DNA of 64,000 nt from Isurus oxyrinchus (lineage: Eukaryota): NCBI GenBank assembly GCA_026770705.1, contig JANJGN010000035.1, positions 7,502,001 to 7,566,000 of the forward strand. The letters run 5' to 3'. This document shows, one piece after another, positions 51,400 to 64,000 of the stretch (positions are counted from its first letter, which is position 1; each line of letters opens with the position of its first letter). The position numbers were made by a program, and so were the translations under genes. The notes beneath the pieces are model-generated. The model did no database searches, was not told the DNA's origin, and was given only the letters and a program-made list of their open reading frames with translations.

Positions 51400-54300
51400 A
51401 GCACATTGCGGACTCGTGGATAATTGTTTCAACCAGTTTTCCTTTTTATTTTCTCCTGTTTCAAAAAGGTTAAGCTAAGGAATGTTAAGTGCTCTAGTTT
51501 TTCCTTGAAGTGCATAAATAATGTAATATTGTTTAGGGTATTTAACACAAACTAAGCGTTCTTATTTTCGAACTATGGTCATGGCAGGGCGGCTCAGTAC
51601 CTTCTAATGTACCGCCTGCAACATGTCCGAAATCCCAGATGATCCTTGCGATCTGACCAACAACGTGTGCAGGAAGCAACACCATCTGCAGCTAACTAGG
51701 CTCTGAGTTTGGGAGCCTGCGTGGCAGCTGGAGGCTAATTCTTTCTTGGGTAGCATGTTCTTAGATCTTGTCACCCCACAGCTTAGGGAAGTGAAGACTG
51801 AGTGGGAATGGGTGACGATCAGTCAGAAGAAAGGCGTCCGGCAGGTTTTCAGGAAATCCCCAGGCTGCTTCTCGCTCGACAAACTTTATTTTTAGTGTTG
51901 GAATACGGTGACAGTGACGGTTCTCCTGATGAATGCAGCCAAGCTCATGCCACTGTGTGTGGCTCAGCTGCATGGGGGGAGGAAAAAATGGAGAATAGCA
52001 ATAGTGGTAGGCGATTCCCTAGTAAGGGGAAGAGGCAGCCATTTATGTGGACGTGCCTGTAACTCGAGGATGGTATGTTGCCTCCCTCGTTCCAGGGTCA
52101 AGGATGTCAATGAACAGCTGCAGGCAAGGAAAGCAGTTAGAGTCCGTGGTACATATTGGGACCAAACACATAGGTAGAAAGTGGAATAAGGTCCGTCAAG
52201 GCTTAATTTAGGGAGCTTGGAAAGAGACAAATAAAACAGGACCTCAACGGCAGTTATTACTGGTTTTCTTCCTTTGTCACGCGCTAGTGACTACAGAAAT
52301 AGGGGCTAGTCCCGATCACAGCATGGCTGGATGGCTTTAGATTTCTGGGACATTAAGACGACTTCTGCAGGCGGCTGGACCTGTAGAAGGTGGACAGGTT
52401 GCCCCTGAAACTGAATTGAAATAATATCCTTGTGGACTGGATTGATACTGAGGTTGGGGAGGCTTTAATACAAATTGGCTGGGGGGAATTGGCCAATTCC
52501 GCAGGGGGAGATCCAGAGTCAAAATTAGAAGAGCGAGCCAATGACCCGGGAAGGCATATAAATTATAGGCTACTTAAGGCAGAAGTGACCCTGGCAAGGT
52601 TAGATTTTATTTATTTTAATACAAGGAGACTGAAAAATAAGGCTGGTCATTTGAGGTCATAAAATCAACACATGGAAATATGAGATCATTGGTGTTACAG
52701 AGACATGGTTCATATAAGGGAAGAATTGCAGCTCAATATTCCTGGATAAAGGGTATTTAAGACAGACAGGGATGGACGGAAAAGAGGGGTGCGTATCGCA
52801 ATATTGATCAAGGAATCAATTACAGCAGCAAAGAGGGATGTTATCTTAGAAGCCTCCTCAAATGATGCCATATGGTTAGAACTGAAAAAAAAAAACATGA
52901 ATAAACGCAAGCAGCCAGAGAGAAAAAAGAAGAACAGATATGTTGGCAAACTTCAGAGTAGTGTAAAAATAATCGGGTAGTAATAGTGGAGGATTTCAAA
53001 TTCGCAAACATTAACCTTGTTAAGCATATTGTGATACTTCTGAAGCAGTGGAATATTTAACGTGCATCCACGAGAGCGTTATAAGCCATCATGTATGAGG
53101 TCCCACAATAGAGGGGGCGGCCTTGGACTTAATTATAGGGAATGAAGCCGGGCAATTGGTAAAGATATAAATGGAGGAGCATTTTGAATATAGTGATCAT
53201 AACTCCGTTAAATTCAATGTTGTTGTGGAAAAGGGAAAGGATGGGACAGAAATTATAGTTCTAAATTGGGGAAAGGCTGATTTTGATAATATCAGATATC
53301 ATTTGGCCACAGTGGATTGAGGGCTTCGGCTTTTATGTCTATCTGTTCACAGCAGTGGGATTCATTCAGGACCAATAATGCGTGAATACAAGTCCAACAT
53401 AATCCATTGAAAACAAAGCATGGGACCAGAAAATACAGGGAAAGCTGAATATCAAGGAAAACACAGGAATGTATGAAGAGAACAAACGAGACTTTTTGGC
53501 GGATACCAAGCGCTCAACACAGCAGAAGCCCTAATGGAGTGTGGCTGGTGTAGGGGGGAAGAACAAAATGTAATTAGGAGAGCAAAAAAGGGGGCATGAA
53601 AACATATGGCAGACTAAATAAAGGAACATCGGAAGTTATTTAACAGGTGCATTAAAAGTGACTGGATATCGATGGAAAGAGCAGGGCCCATTAAGGTCCA
53701 TTCCTGTAATTATGTGTGGAGCAGGAAGACATAGACGGAGCTAAATGAATGCTTTGCGTTGTTTTCACAATTCAGAGGGGCGACGTGGGTATGGAAATCA
53801 TGCAGAAGGAATGTGACATAATTAAGAAACATTTTTTTAAGAACGGGTGTAGCTTCTAATTGGTCTGGAAGGCTCAAGAGTAAATATCGAGGCCCCATAG
53901 AAATGTATCACGGGCTGTTGAGTGTGGCTAGAAAAGGAATAGCAGGGGGTCCGGCAAAAAATTTGAGTGCCTCTCTAGCCACAGGGGAGTTGCTAGAGGG
54001 CTGGAAGACAGACAACGTGGCACTGTTATTGAAGAATGGATGAAGCGATAAACCACACCCCCCGTGGTGCAGACTCTATGGGGAGCATTTTCGAGATAAA
54101 TAATCAATCTACAATTCGAGAGAGGTAGGGATTAATGAGTGGAAGCCATCGTGTTTTATTTTAACGGGTGGTCATGTCTGACCTATTTAACTTAATATTT
54201 CGAACAAGTGAAAAGGCCTGAGACAAGGACAAAACATTTAAGGTAATCCACTTGGACTTCAGCAAGGTTTTTATATGTTCCCACATGGGAGACTAATAAC

Positions 54301-54660
54301 AAAGATCACAACCCACGAGATCCAAGGCGATTTGGCAAAATAGACCCAGAATTGGCTAAGTGTCAAAAGCAAAGGGTAATGTTGGTGGGGCGTTTTTGTG
54401 ACTAGATCCCTGTTTACATTGGATTTCCAAAGGGATCGTTTTCCGGCCACTTGTTGCTTGTGGTATATAAAGGCGATTTAGGCATGAATGTAGGAGGGTT
54501 GATCAGGAAGTTCGCGGATGATATGCCAATTGGTGGGATTTTAAATTGTGAAGAGGATAGCTCTTGATTACAGGAGGATAATGACGTGCTGATCGGATGG
54601 GCAGATTAGTGGCAAATGGAATTTAATGTTTAAAAGTCTGAGGTGATGCACTTTTTTGAC
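51400..54660 (+). mobile_element. Near full-length degenerate CR1 LINE (ORF1 zinc finger plus SGNH esterase; ORF2 APE-RT)
   Basis: ORF1 MAGRLS..CTACNMSE..VCRK at 51580 and AIVVGDSLVRG at about 52000. ORF2 FIYFNTRRLKNK, IIGVTETW, SDHNSV, HLDFSK, KFADD at about 54510, WQMEFNV..EVMHF. Confidence 0.93.
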
Positions 54661-54689
54661 AGGCACATACTTATTCTGTGCTGTAGAAC

Positions 54690-56160
54690 TCTATGACTCT
54701 CAACTATTTCGATATTCCTTACATATAAACATGGCCAATGCATTTCGTATCTAATTTTCTTAATCATTGATCACCAGTGCAATGTGAATTTTCTTACAAC
54801 CTATGTAACCGCGTTGGAATCTTGAGAACTAAACCGCCACACTCCAGGCTACCGTTCTGGTCAGAGCAGTTCAGCTCAAATCTCACTCTGCCTTTAACAC
54901 TGGTATTTTATTTCAAAAAACTAACAGTAGTTTGTAAATTTTTAATAGCTTTTTACAATTGTATTGCAATCACCGTTTGTTACCTTTGCCCGCATGAAGC
55001 CCACAACAAAGGTATCATGGTAGTGGTGAGCAATAAAATCAAAGCAAGGCAGCAAAGCTCATCCTGTTGCATAAATTATTTATTGCTTTGTGATCTTCAG
55101 CTCTGGCGCAGATGTTGCGTCCTGGGCTTTGGGCGGATTTGGCATTGGTACAGCAAATACAATTAACTAATTTATTTCCAGAATCTTTAAGCCATCAGAT
55201 TTCTTCATGACTAATATTACCCCTGATATAAAGTGACATTTTCAGGAGAGACGAGGGTGGAGAGGTCCGCCTCGAGTAAACGGAACATTCTGCACATGGC
55301 CATAATATGAAACAAGCCTTTAACCATAATGTGCTCATAAAACAGAAAAAACACACGAAGCTAATATACAAAGACAACTCGCAACCAACACACATGGTAA
55401 GGGTGTGAAATGTAATCAGTAGAATCGATTTGTTTGAATGATCTGGATTGGATGCATTTCCATTTTCTTTTTCTCTAACATCCACAGTCTTCAAAATAAA
55501 CAAAAATAATAAAATATTCCAACTATTTCCCTTAACAAATCGATATTGGCATCCCACAATTAAACCCTTTTTGATCAGGTGCCTATGAATGTTTTAGTTG
55601 AATAGTCCTTCTCTTAGCATTCCGACCACCGAGTTTAAAAGTACGGCCCTTAGATTTTCGACTTACACTTGCTTTTTTCGACACGGTTGTAACTTGCAAT
55701 TATCTAGCTCAGTTCCATAACATGTCTATCTAAGTTGGATTGAAAGCTGATGGCTGCATTCTCAACCATTATTTTTTTTTTACATCCTGTGACGAGTCCA
55801 ATACACTCCTTCTGACTGATAGAATAGTTGGAATGTTTAAATAATTTTATTTTTCAATTTCTGCGCCCATTCATTATCTCAGCTGCCACCTTTTTTGCTC
55901 TGGTTTGAAAGCATTTTTTTTTTTTTTGTTGATAAAGGCATATTTATCATACGTAATTAGTTACATATTTGTGCCTCAGCCTCCGTGCAGAAATAATCTA
56001 TTTATTTCCTAATCAGCTCCAGTGTACTTCCATCGATCTGGTTCTATTTATTTTCTTACAATAAAGCTTTTGTGTTTATTTTATTAGAAAATCTCTCCCC
56101 ATTTGTCGCAGCTGACCATCTCATTTCGTTCCTCATTTCACTTCACTTCAAACTTGCCCT
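54690..56160 (-). mobile_element. CR1 LINE RT fragment
   Basis: CQYRFVKGNSW (QHGFVKG.SC-like) at about 55550 and an LVRP.LE.CVQF-like motif at about 54860. Confidence 0.7.
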
Positions 56161-56189
56161 TTTATCAAGCTATATGCTGTATTTTACAC

Positions 56190-57540
56190 GGTAACTTAGT
56201 GGCAACATAAGTTGATGAGTAATCCAGAGGCCCAGAAAATGCATTGTGTAACTGTTTCAAATCCACCCACTGCAGCTGGTGTCATGTCAAGTGACATAAT
56301 TAATGTTTAATTCAAAATTGCCTTAGTAATAACTCCATGAAACAATAATGAGTTGCCAAGAAAAAGAAAACCTGTCCTGTAGAACGGAAAGCTGCTGCCC
56401 TTACTTGGCCTGACTTTAATATAATTCCAGGCCCATCAATGTAACCGAATCGTCAATACACTCTGAAAGTGCCTGGCAAAGCTCTTAACTGTCTCAAAAC
56501 AGTGCTACAAAGGACAAAGCAAGTCCCATGGAGCCTGAAAAGACTTCCTCACAAGCATTTGTGCACTAGAGAAAAAGAGGAAAATCTGTCACACAGAGCA
56601 GTCACCACTTACACGATATGTTCCTATATTACCATCACCTTGTGCGTCCTTCAAGACAGATAGGAAAAACACCCAAGGTAAAGCGGCATGGTCCTATATA
56701 ATCTTGAATTAGTTGTCCTCGAATCATTCATAGTTGAGTACATGTCCCATGAAATATCATGGGTACACGTGAAACTTGGCGAGGGCGACCCCTGCCGAAT
56801 ACCATCAATCTTACACCAATCCATCCACAGTTTTCCTGTTTCCCAACCAAAGACACTCCTCAGTGCTCAATGCCAATTGGCAGATCCAATATGTTTGCTA
56901 AGTGTACATCCTTGAATTTTGTTGGTGATATTCAGTGGCCATCACCAAGCTCAGTTCTATGGCACCATACCTAACTGAGCGCTGGCCAAGTGATCAATGG
57001 TAAATCAGCTTGGTACTCTCTGCAGCAATTGGTGAGGGACCAACAAGACAGAAGACAACAACTTAGCCTCGCAACAAAATATGTGCATTTTTGCAGTTGC
57101 TTCTGTCCATGACAATATGTATAGGTGTGAGATACATAAAGTCCTTTGGGAGATGGAGACCTGGACTCCCATTCAGAATCAGCTCCAAAAGATTTGTTAC
57201 ACCACCTAAATGAGATAGGAGTTCGCACAGATCTATCATCTCAAAATTGGACATCCAACATGAATAGCATTAACATTAGATTTGCATTCAACTACAATCT
57301 GTAAAATAAAGGCCTGCAATACTCCTTACCATAACCGTGTAACTGGTGCTCAACTTTGGTCCATTGAAGAGTGCGGGAGCGTAGGGCGGGAAGAGCAACA
57401 TGCACATCTAAAAAGAGTTATCAACATGGTGAATCCTCAACGCAGTGCTACATGCATGACAATATGCATAAGCATCATTGAATTGGCAGGCTAATTGGTC
57501 CCAGCGCCACCAGATCAGATCAAAGTTCAGCCCAGCACAA
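56190..57540 (+). mobile_element. tRNA-SINE-like head fused to the APE region of the L2/CR1-clade LINE
   Basis: 56190-56470 is collinear with SINE 41515-41815 (agtaatccagag..ttcaaatcc..ggaaagctgctgcccttacttggcctg..ctctgaaa). It continues into sequence collinear with LINE 36325-37450. Confidence 0.7.
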
Positions 57541-58479
57541 CCATTTATAGGCAAAACTTTCTCATGATGAATTTTAACAAGTACAACACTTAATTTCCTC
57601 CAAATAGGTATTGTTGCTCACTATCCAACCTTCACAATTAAAGCTCAAGTACATTGTGCACATTTAATAGTATTCATGAAGGTTTCACATTTTGACTGTT
57701 TTCCCATTGCTGTAAACCATGTCAAAAGGTTCATTGGTCTCTCGTTTACTTTTTATTCTGCGTCTTTTTTTATTAACCTGCATGTCAACATTGGTCAAGT
57801 AGAAGTTTTAATTGTGCATCTATTCTGCGGAATTGTTTCCTTTGCTAAACGCCAGCGATATAAGCTAAATCTCTTTGTGACTCTCAGCCGGCCATGTAAT
57901 GTTCTCAACACATTCGCAGCATGAAACTTCTGAAATCGATTTCAACTTTTCATCCCAGTTTAACTTGGCCAACATTACATTTTATGACTCAGAGAGATGG
58001 TACCCTACGTTGTACAATAGTACACTGGACCATATTATTCATAAACCATGGACGTTAAGGGCATTTCTGCTTCCCATTTCTCTTAGTCATGTTGCTTATG
58101 ACCCTTGTTGACTTTAATTGCTCCTCAACCCTAAGTTATCACAGTTGTATTACAGATCAAATGATTTGAAAATCAAATTTTGCTGTATCCCTTTTCTACA
58201 CAATTAGTCCATTTTTCGGGTGATTAATGTTTTTTTATATGTATTCCAATGTGCCACTACTAGCATTTCTAACATTACCTGAATTAAACCTTTTCATTAA
58301 TTATTCCAAATCATGTTATACATAATTGTTTGTGTTGCTTCAATTAAGAAAGCATGTCTTAAATGAATACTTCCGAGCTTGTTCAGCAAAAATGTCAACA
58401 CCCAGGGCCTCTTACACAATTAACCATTCCATACGTGAACTTGTAAATCAATATAATGCAGCACATGCCTCAGGACATC

Positions 58480-61400
58480 AGTGCACGATTTTTCATGAGG
58501 CTTGATTTCCTGCAGAAAATCGTTGGAGCATGCTTTACCGCCCACACAGGCTGCCTGATGTTAATGGTTTGGAGCTGGGACTTCTGCCCCTCAGTCGGGA
58601 TCAAAGCCTGCCTCACAAAAATTTTTTACAATCAAATGCGCCTGCAGCTCCAAAGTTCCAGCGGAGCTAGACGCTGAAGTGGGATGCTCTAGCACTGTGA
58701 CATGTATCTAATGCCCAGCCCCCAGTCCCAGGACCCAGGTGAATGATGGGGTATCTGAATGTGCTACGGTGGTGAAAATACAAATGTGGTAATTTCGCCG
58801 TGGAGAGCAGAGGCTGGGGACAGGATGATGTGTGGCCTTAACTTGTGGGGAGGTGATGCACGTGATAATGAAAGAAAACTATCCATGTGGCATCCCCCAT
58901 TCCTGCCAGTGGACTAGGCAGGGTCACAGTCAGGGCTTTCGCATTCTGATGAAGTCACTCCACAATTGTGAAAATAGTGCAGAAAGGGCAATGACACAAT
59001 AAGGTTTTAATTAGGGAAAGGCTTAGGCCTAGCATTACCTTAAGGAGTGTTTGTTGCAGGTGTGACCTTAGTTGGTAGACCTCCAGACACTTAGAGCTCC
59101 TTCTCCCTATCCCCGGAAATCTGACTGCAGGAGAACGTCAAACATTGCCCAAGGAATGGTTTTGAGCTCCACTGAAAGGTTTGGCTGATTCAGTTGGAGC
59201 CATTTTGAGATTGAGAACTAGAAGATATAATAATAATATTTTAAGTAGCTCTTTCAATAATTTCAAGAGATTGTGTAAACCTTCTGAAATTTAAGCCAGT
59301 AGGGAAAACCTTTAGTTAATTGAATTAGATAGGGACACATTTGGGTTAGTAAAATGATGTAATCATGCTCATAAACATTTGATGCAACACACAAGAATAT
59401 GTCAACAATTCTTCTCAATCCACAGTGTCTGTCCTACTGTCTGGTTATCTGTGAGCTAGTGAGTGCCTCGTCTGTGCGAAGGAATATATGCTCCTACCAG
59501 TGTAGTTTATTTTTGTGAATCCTGAGGCTCCAATCAGTTTCAAACACTGCAGCATTTCGAGTCCCTCCGTTCATGAGAACATCCTCATAAATGATTACTT
59601 ACATTTACTCAGAGCATGGTCGTCGAGCGGGGGACACAATTTAGATACGTTTTGAAACGAATATTGACAGGGTGCCGCATGTCACCTTCTCCGTGCATGT
59701 GAAAGGCATAAACCGGTACTATTTTTGAAGGGTTTTTGATTCACTTGGTCCGCGAATTTCACACAGATTGACTTGGCACGATTTCAACTTTGTGACCTTG
59801 TGGCAGGATGTTTCACGAATGTGAGTCCTTTTGTTCGTTCGATCAATGTATATTCCTATTGCATAAAACACAGAGGACCTGTGTTGTTTCAGCAGAAAAC
59901 AGCTGGATCTCAGTGAGATTTAACAGCACAAAAATAGAAATTAGATTTGTGCAGTGATGTAATGGACCTTATCTTAAGGAGAGAGCGATTGGGAATGAAA
60001 TTGGCAGACAACAAGGGTGAGACTAGGGTAATGAGCGTGAAAGCATTTATATCAGCCTCCAACAGATTCTAAATGTGCAACAAACACAATTACCTGTACC
60101 AGACCATGCAAATAAAACACAACACTCAATTTGGGGATTTTTTCTTTGATGATAATAGTAAATGAATGAGCAGAAACACCTCCCCCCACCCAACAGCACA
60201 GATCCTTAGCCACCCCGTATCCTCATACCATGGTGCAATGAAATTTATTCCCTAAGGAAGCAGAACGAACTACCAAGAGTCTACCACGTGTACCTGATTC
60301 TGATCTTACATATTTAAGTAAGATTTGCCCTCATTTACTGAGACGAAAAGAGCATGTGATGAATATACTCACTCTCTCATCGTAGAGCACATTAGTGGCT
60401 GCAATCTAATTCAGATTTGCTGCAGTCAGCCAAAGCAATTTTGTGCTTTCATTGATTTGCAAGCAAACAAAGCGGAGAGAGGTCAGACGTGCGGCAAGAA
60501 GGCTCGAACTATTTGCAACAAATCGTCCTTATTCTTCACCTCTGAATCATTTGCAATAAACCCCGGAGCAACATCCGCCTTACTAATTGGCACGTATATT
60601 TTTATGATGCAATTTTATTCCCTCTATGTTCTATCCTGGATTTCTCTGTCAACCTTTCTGAGGATAGACTATACATTAACATTCATTGTAAACACAGGAT
60701 ACCCACAGTTGCTTAACTACATTTCCTCACTTACTGATTCCTGTGAAAGAGCCAGTTCCATATTCACAGTTTGTTCATCTTTTTTGCATCACCTCTGTCA
60801 AAGCAAGTTTACACATTTGCGCTTCGGATATGTATTCCTCTTTCTGCAACCTCAGTTTCCTCCAAAATATAAGGCAATTCCCTCCACCGTGTCTGTTCAA
60901 GAAACCAATTTGCTGTTATCCTTTTCAATCACTCCCACAATCATCAGAACTCACTTTCTGCACCTGCCACTTCTGCATGCAAAACATTCATCCTCCATTG
61001 TAATGCCAATAGCATATGGATATTCCTCTGAACAGCTTTTTCAATATTAACAAACAAATGTTCCTTCCGTGACCTTTTATTCCTCTCCCATGTCTTGAAG
61101 GAAAAATGTGCTATTTATTTAGCACCTTACCATGCAAGCAAAGGAGATGCAGTGTCTGCAAGTACCTGAATTTTTTCAACTGATGGAAGCAAGCTTCCTG
61201 CCATCTGAAGAGTCGGCGGGGAACACATCGCTGAGTGCCCTGTGATAATTCCAAAATCAAATATTTTTTAAGTGGCTGTAGGCATCTGCCTCTCTCCGGA
61301 GCCATTCCCGCAATACAGATGTTCCAGCCAATTTGTTCCTTATTTAATGCAGCGACGAGAAATGCAATGAACTGAAGAGGAAATAGCAGAGGATGCCTGA

Positions 61401-61770
61401 CAATGCATAGTGACAGCAGAGGCGAATATCCCAGCAGTGGTGATGGTAGGGAATACCAGTGGGTTTGGAGGGTCATAATGGGAATGAAGGTGAGGAGAGC
61501 AGTTTCCCGGGTAAGGGCTCCGATTCAGCAGTGGGATGTCCTTATGCCATGTGTCTGTAAGGCCCTTGTGATCATGGCATGACTGCCCTCTTCCAGTGCA
61601 TTAACGTCCTGATGGATATCTAACTTCTTTCATTTCGGGACATATCCCACAAAAACTCTATCCACCCGCGAGCCTAAAGCGTGAAAATGGAAAGAAAAAG
61701 GCATTAATTGCCAATAATTCGGCACGTGAAGTCCTCAACCATTTGAAGGTCGGGCTTCTCATCCGATAAA
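58480..61770. mobile_element. Possible highly decayed PIF/Harbinger transposon (Myb/SANT-like remnant on +, HARBI1-like remnant on -)
   Basis: APAAPKF at about 58640 on +. On the minus strand VPRRLFRW..CFHQLKKFRYLQTLHL (about 61220-61140) and ISEAQMCKLALTEV (about 60830). GC-rich ends. Confidence 0.35.
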
Positions 61771-61902
61771 AATAAAAAATTGCAGATGCTGGAAATCTGA
61801 AACAAAAACAGAATTACCTGGAAAAACTCAGCAGGTCTGGCAGCATCAGCGGAGAAGAAAGACTTGACGTGTCGATTCATCATGAGCCTTCAGCAGAACT
61901 GG
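61766..61902 (-). mobile_element. Solo Penelope tail, close to the 9277-10570 family
   Basis: The reverse complement matches 10438-10570 (gatgctgccagacctgctgagtttttccaggtaattctgttt). Hammerhead core is degenerate (CUGCUGA..GACAC). Confidence 0.92.
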
Positions 61903-62437
61903 GTGATTCCGATGCGTTGTCCACACTAGCATGAAAGCACTTTGTGATCGGTGTGGATGGAAGCTGGAAACTGTATTCACTGCTCATTGTGTGAAGTATC
62001 GAAACGCAGACTTGGTGAACGCGTCTGATAGCAGCTGCTTTCAACCCACAAGCAGATCTTTGGTTTCCTGGCTCTTCCAAATACCATCATATATTTCCCA
62101 CTCTATTGCAGATTTCTTTATTTTACCTGCCACGCTCTTGCAACAATACCCAACGCAATCCCAAAAAGAAATAACAACATTTTCATATCTTTCCTAGCGA
62201 TTTCTAAGTCAGTTATTGCGTCATACAGGCGGAAACATTCGAAGTTTGCGATTTAAAATGCATCCACTAATGGTACACTTTGCACAGTATTTGTGCAGGC
62301 GAGATTGCTCTTCTGGGAATTTACAAGGCAAAGCACTACGTATCAGCTTCCAATGTCGAGACCCCAGACATCTTCAGGATTGTCTTCACGCCTCCCTCCA
62401 ACAAACTTCACCTTCCAACCCCCACCACCCCCCATCA

Positions 62438-62478
62438 AGACACAAAGACACACATACAAAGACACACACACATACAAA

Positions 62479-62515
<37 letters not shown>

Positions 62516-62516
62516 G
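62438..62516. repeat. (CA)n microsatellite with aaagacacaca(ca)tac higher-order units
   Basis: Directly visible. Confidence 0.95.
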
Positions 62517-62559
62517 CAGAAACATATTTCACCGTCTTAAAGAAAGAATGGAGTGAGCA

Positions 62560-63260
62560 AGCCAGAATCTACGGAACATTTACCCCAAATTCGATTATGT
62601 TGAAAAAGATGGAATGCATTCTGAAAGAAATAGTGTAGTAGCACAACGTTTAGAAAGTGATAGAATCAAGCAGATCAAAAGAAATTTTATAAAAAGGGGA
62701 ATCGTGATTGAAACATTTGTTAAAATTCATTGAGAATGTGGCAAGGAGTTTGGATGAAAACTAACCAGGAGATTAAATTTATCTAAATTGACAAAACTCA
62801 TCTGGCAATGCAACCACATCAATGGTTGCCACAAGCCTTTCAGAGCACATCATTCAGGCGTGATATATCTGCATCGCTATGGTTCCTTATAGCTAACAGG
62901 AAACAGAGATTCGGCATAGTTGAATCATGTTCAATTAGTAAACTGTAGCTGGTGGAGTGCCAGAAGAATCAGTGCTGTCCCCTCAAGTATTTGTTTTTTT
63001 CTATTAAATACTTGGGAAACAGGAGCAACATGTGGAAGTCAAATCTGAAGTAAACATGAAGATTGTTAGCCGAACACAATTGCAGGCGAATAGAAATTAA
63101 AATATAAATGTTAAGTGACTGGGCAATTAGGAGGTATTCAATATAGGTGCATTCCATACGGAAACTAAAATGACATCAACAAAGTTGTGTGAAGTAGTAA
63201 GAATAAAATGCATTTTAACTGAATATTGCAATGGAACAAGGACTTGAAGCTCCATACGTC
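62560..63260 (+). mobile_element. CR1 RT fragment
   Basis: FIKGES*LKHLLKFIENVARSLDE resembles FMKGKSCLTNLLEFFEDVT. Confidence 0.7.
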
Positions 63261-63269
63261 ATGAGGGAC

Positions 63270-63960
63270 ATTGGATTCGTGTTAACCAGTCAAGTGGTAA
63301 ACATTATATCATACTCTTGACTTTAGCATTTTTGAATACGCATGGGCTCAGACGAAGCATGAAGTGAGCCACCAGAACCAGCTTTAAAGCGTCTAACCTT
63401 CGACTTCAGCCACTGCATGTGTCTGGCTGGTCAAGCATGTTTGCGCTCAATTATGTTTCTGTTGATTAAGAAATGAGGATGTTGTTGAATGTCAAGGCAG
63501 GACCTTAATATTCTCTCATATAGGGGAAAATCATTGTCTTACGCTTTCTTGTGGAAATACTATTTGTCAGATTTCAGCCAGAGGTCGAATATTGGCAAAG
63601 TTTTCCTGCAAGTAAATCCTAAGTGCTTCATTAACTGAGGAGCTACCATTGGCATTGCGCACTGGTAAATCATTATTAAATTTTTACATTTTGAGGTAAT
63701 GTTGCAGAGAATGTTAATTGCTGAACCAACTGAAGGTGGTTTGGTCTAGCACACCATGTTGAGGAAGTTCGGATCGGTATATTGAGTTGCGATATTTGGC
63801 CCAAGAAAATCTTAACCATTCTCCTTTGTGCTAGGCTTGAATGTAGTCAGTGGTGACTTTTCTACTGATTTTCATCGGGCTCAGCTTTTCTGGAGTTCCC
63901 TGATGCCAAAAGCGGTCAAACACACACAAGGACATGGGCTTGCATCTCACATATTGAATA
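63270..63960 (-). mobile_element. RTE-like LINE RT fragment
   Basis: Minus strand LKSKVRRFKAG..CFV*AH..IQKC*SQ resembles LPESQCGFRAG..MIF..RQLQEKCREQ. Confidence 0.45.
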
Positions 63961-64000
63961 CTGTTTCTTTGTCACTTATGAAACAATACTGTAATGCAGT

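Noticed and set aside
51400-56160. Tail-to-tail CR1 pieces as a twin-priming inversion
   Set aside because: Both pieces contain the same RT region, so they are separate copies.
58941-58981. CTGATGA...GAAA hammerhead-like motif
   Set aside because: No convincing stem II or III, and not in a Penelope tail.
60325-61050. Longest ORF in the window (241 aa, +)
   Set aside because: No recognisable motifs and a non-ATG start. It is likely the antisense of a decayed transposase-like region.
1-64000. Prokaryotic systems (CRISPR arrays, operons, defence islands)
   Set aside because: There are no regularly spaced repeats or dense ORFs; the content is vertebrate-type repeat DNA.

Overview
Eukaryotic, repeat-saturated DNA. 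The repeat families are typical of a cartilaginous fish such as a shark (inference): Gmr1-like Gypsy, Copia, CR1 with an SGNH-esterase ORF1, an L2/CR1-clade LINE with a partner tRNA-derived SINE, Penelope with hammerhead-like tails, RTE and Harbinger-like elements. No intact host gene, rRNA, tRNA gene or CRISPR array is visible. Most of the window is old, nested, frameshifted transposon debris. It includes one complete Gmr1-type LTR element (14926-21439, integrase before RT), two gag-protease-only LTR elements, a Copia element interrupted by a young Penelope insertion with a 15-bp TSD, and a 154-N gap. The main unexplained signal lies in the transposon-free gaps between about 0.6 and 31 kb. 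These contain a series of minus-strand, splice-site-bounded segments whose translations resemble ZP-N (zona pellucida N-terminal) domains and each other, suggesting a decayed multi-exon gene for an extracellular ZP-N-repeat protein. All motif calls were made by eye, and boundaries of old elements are approximate.
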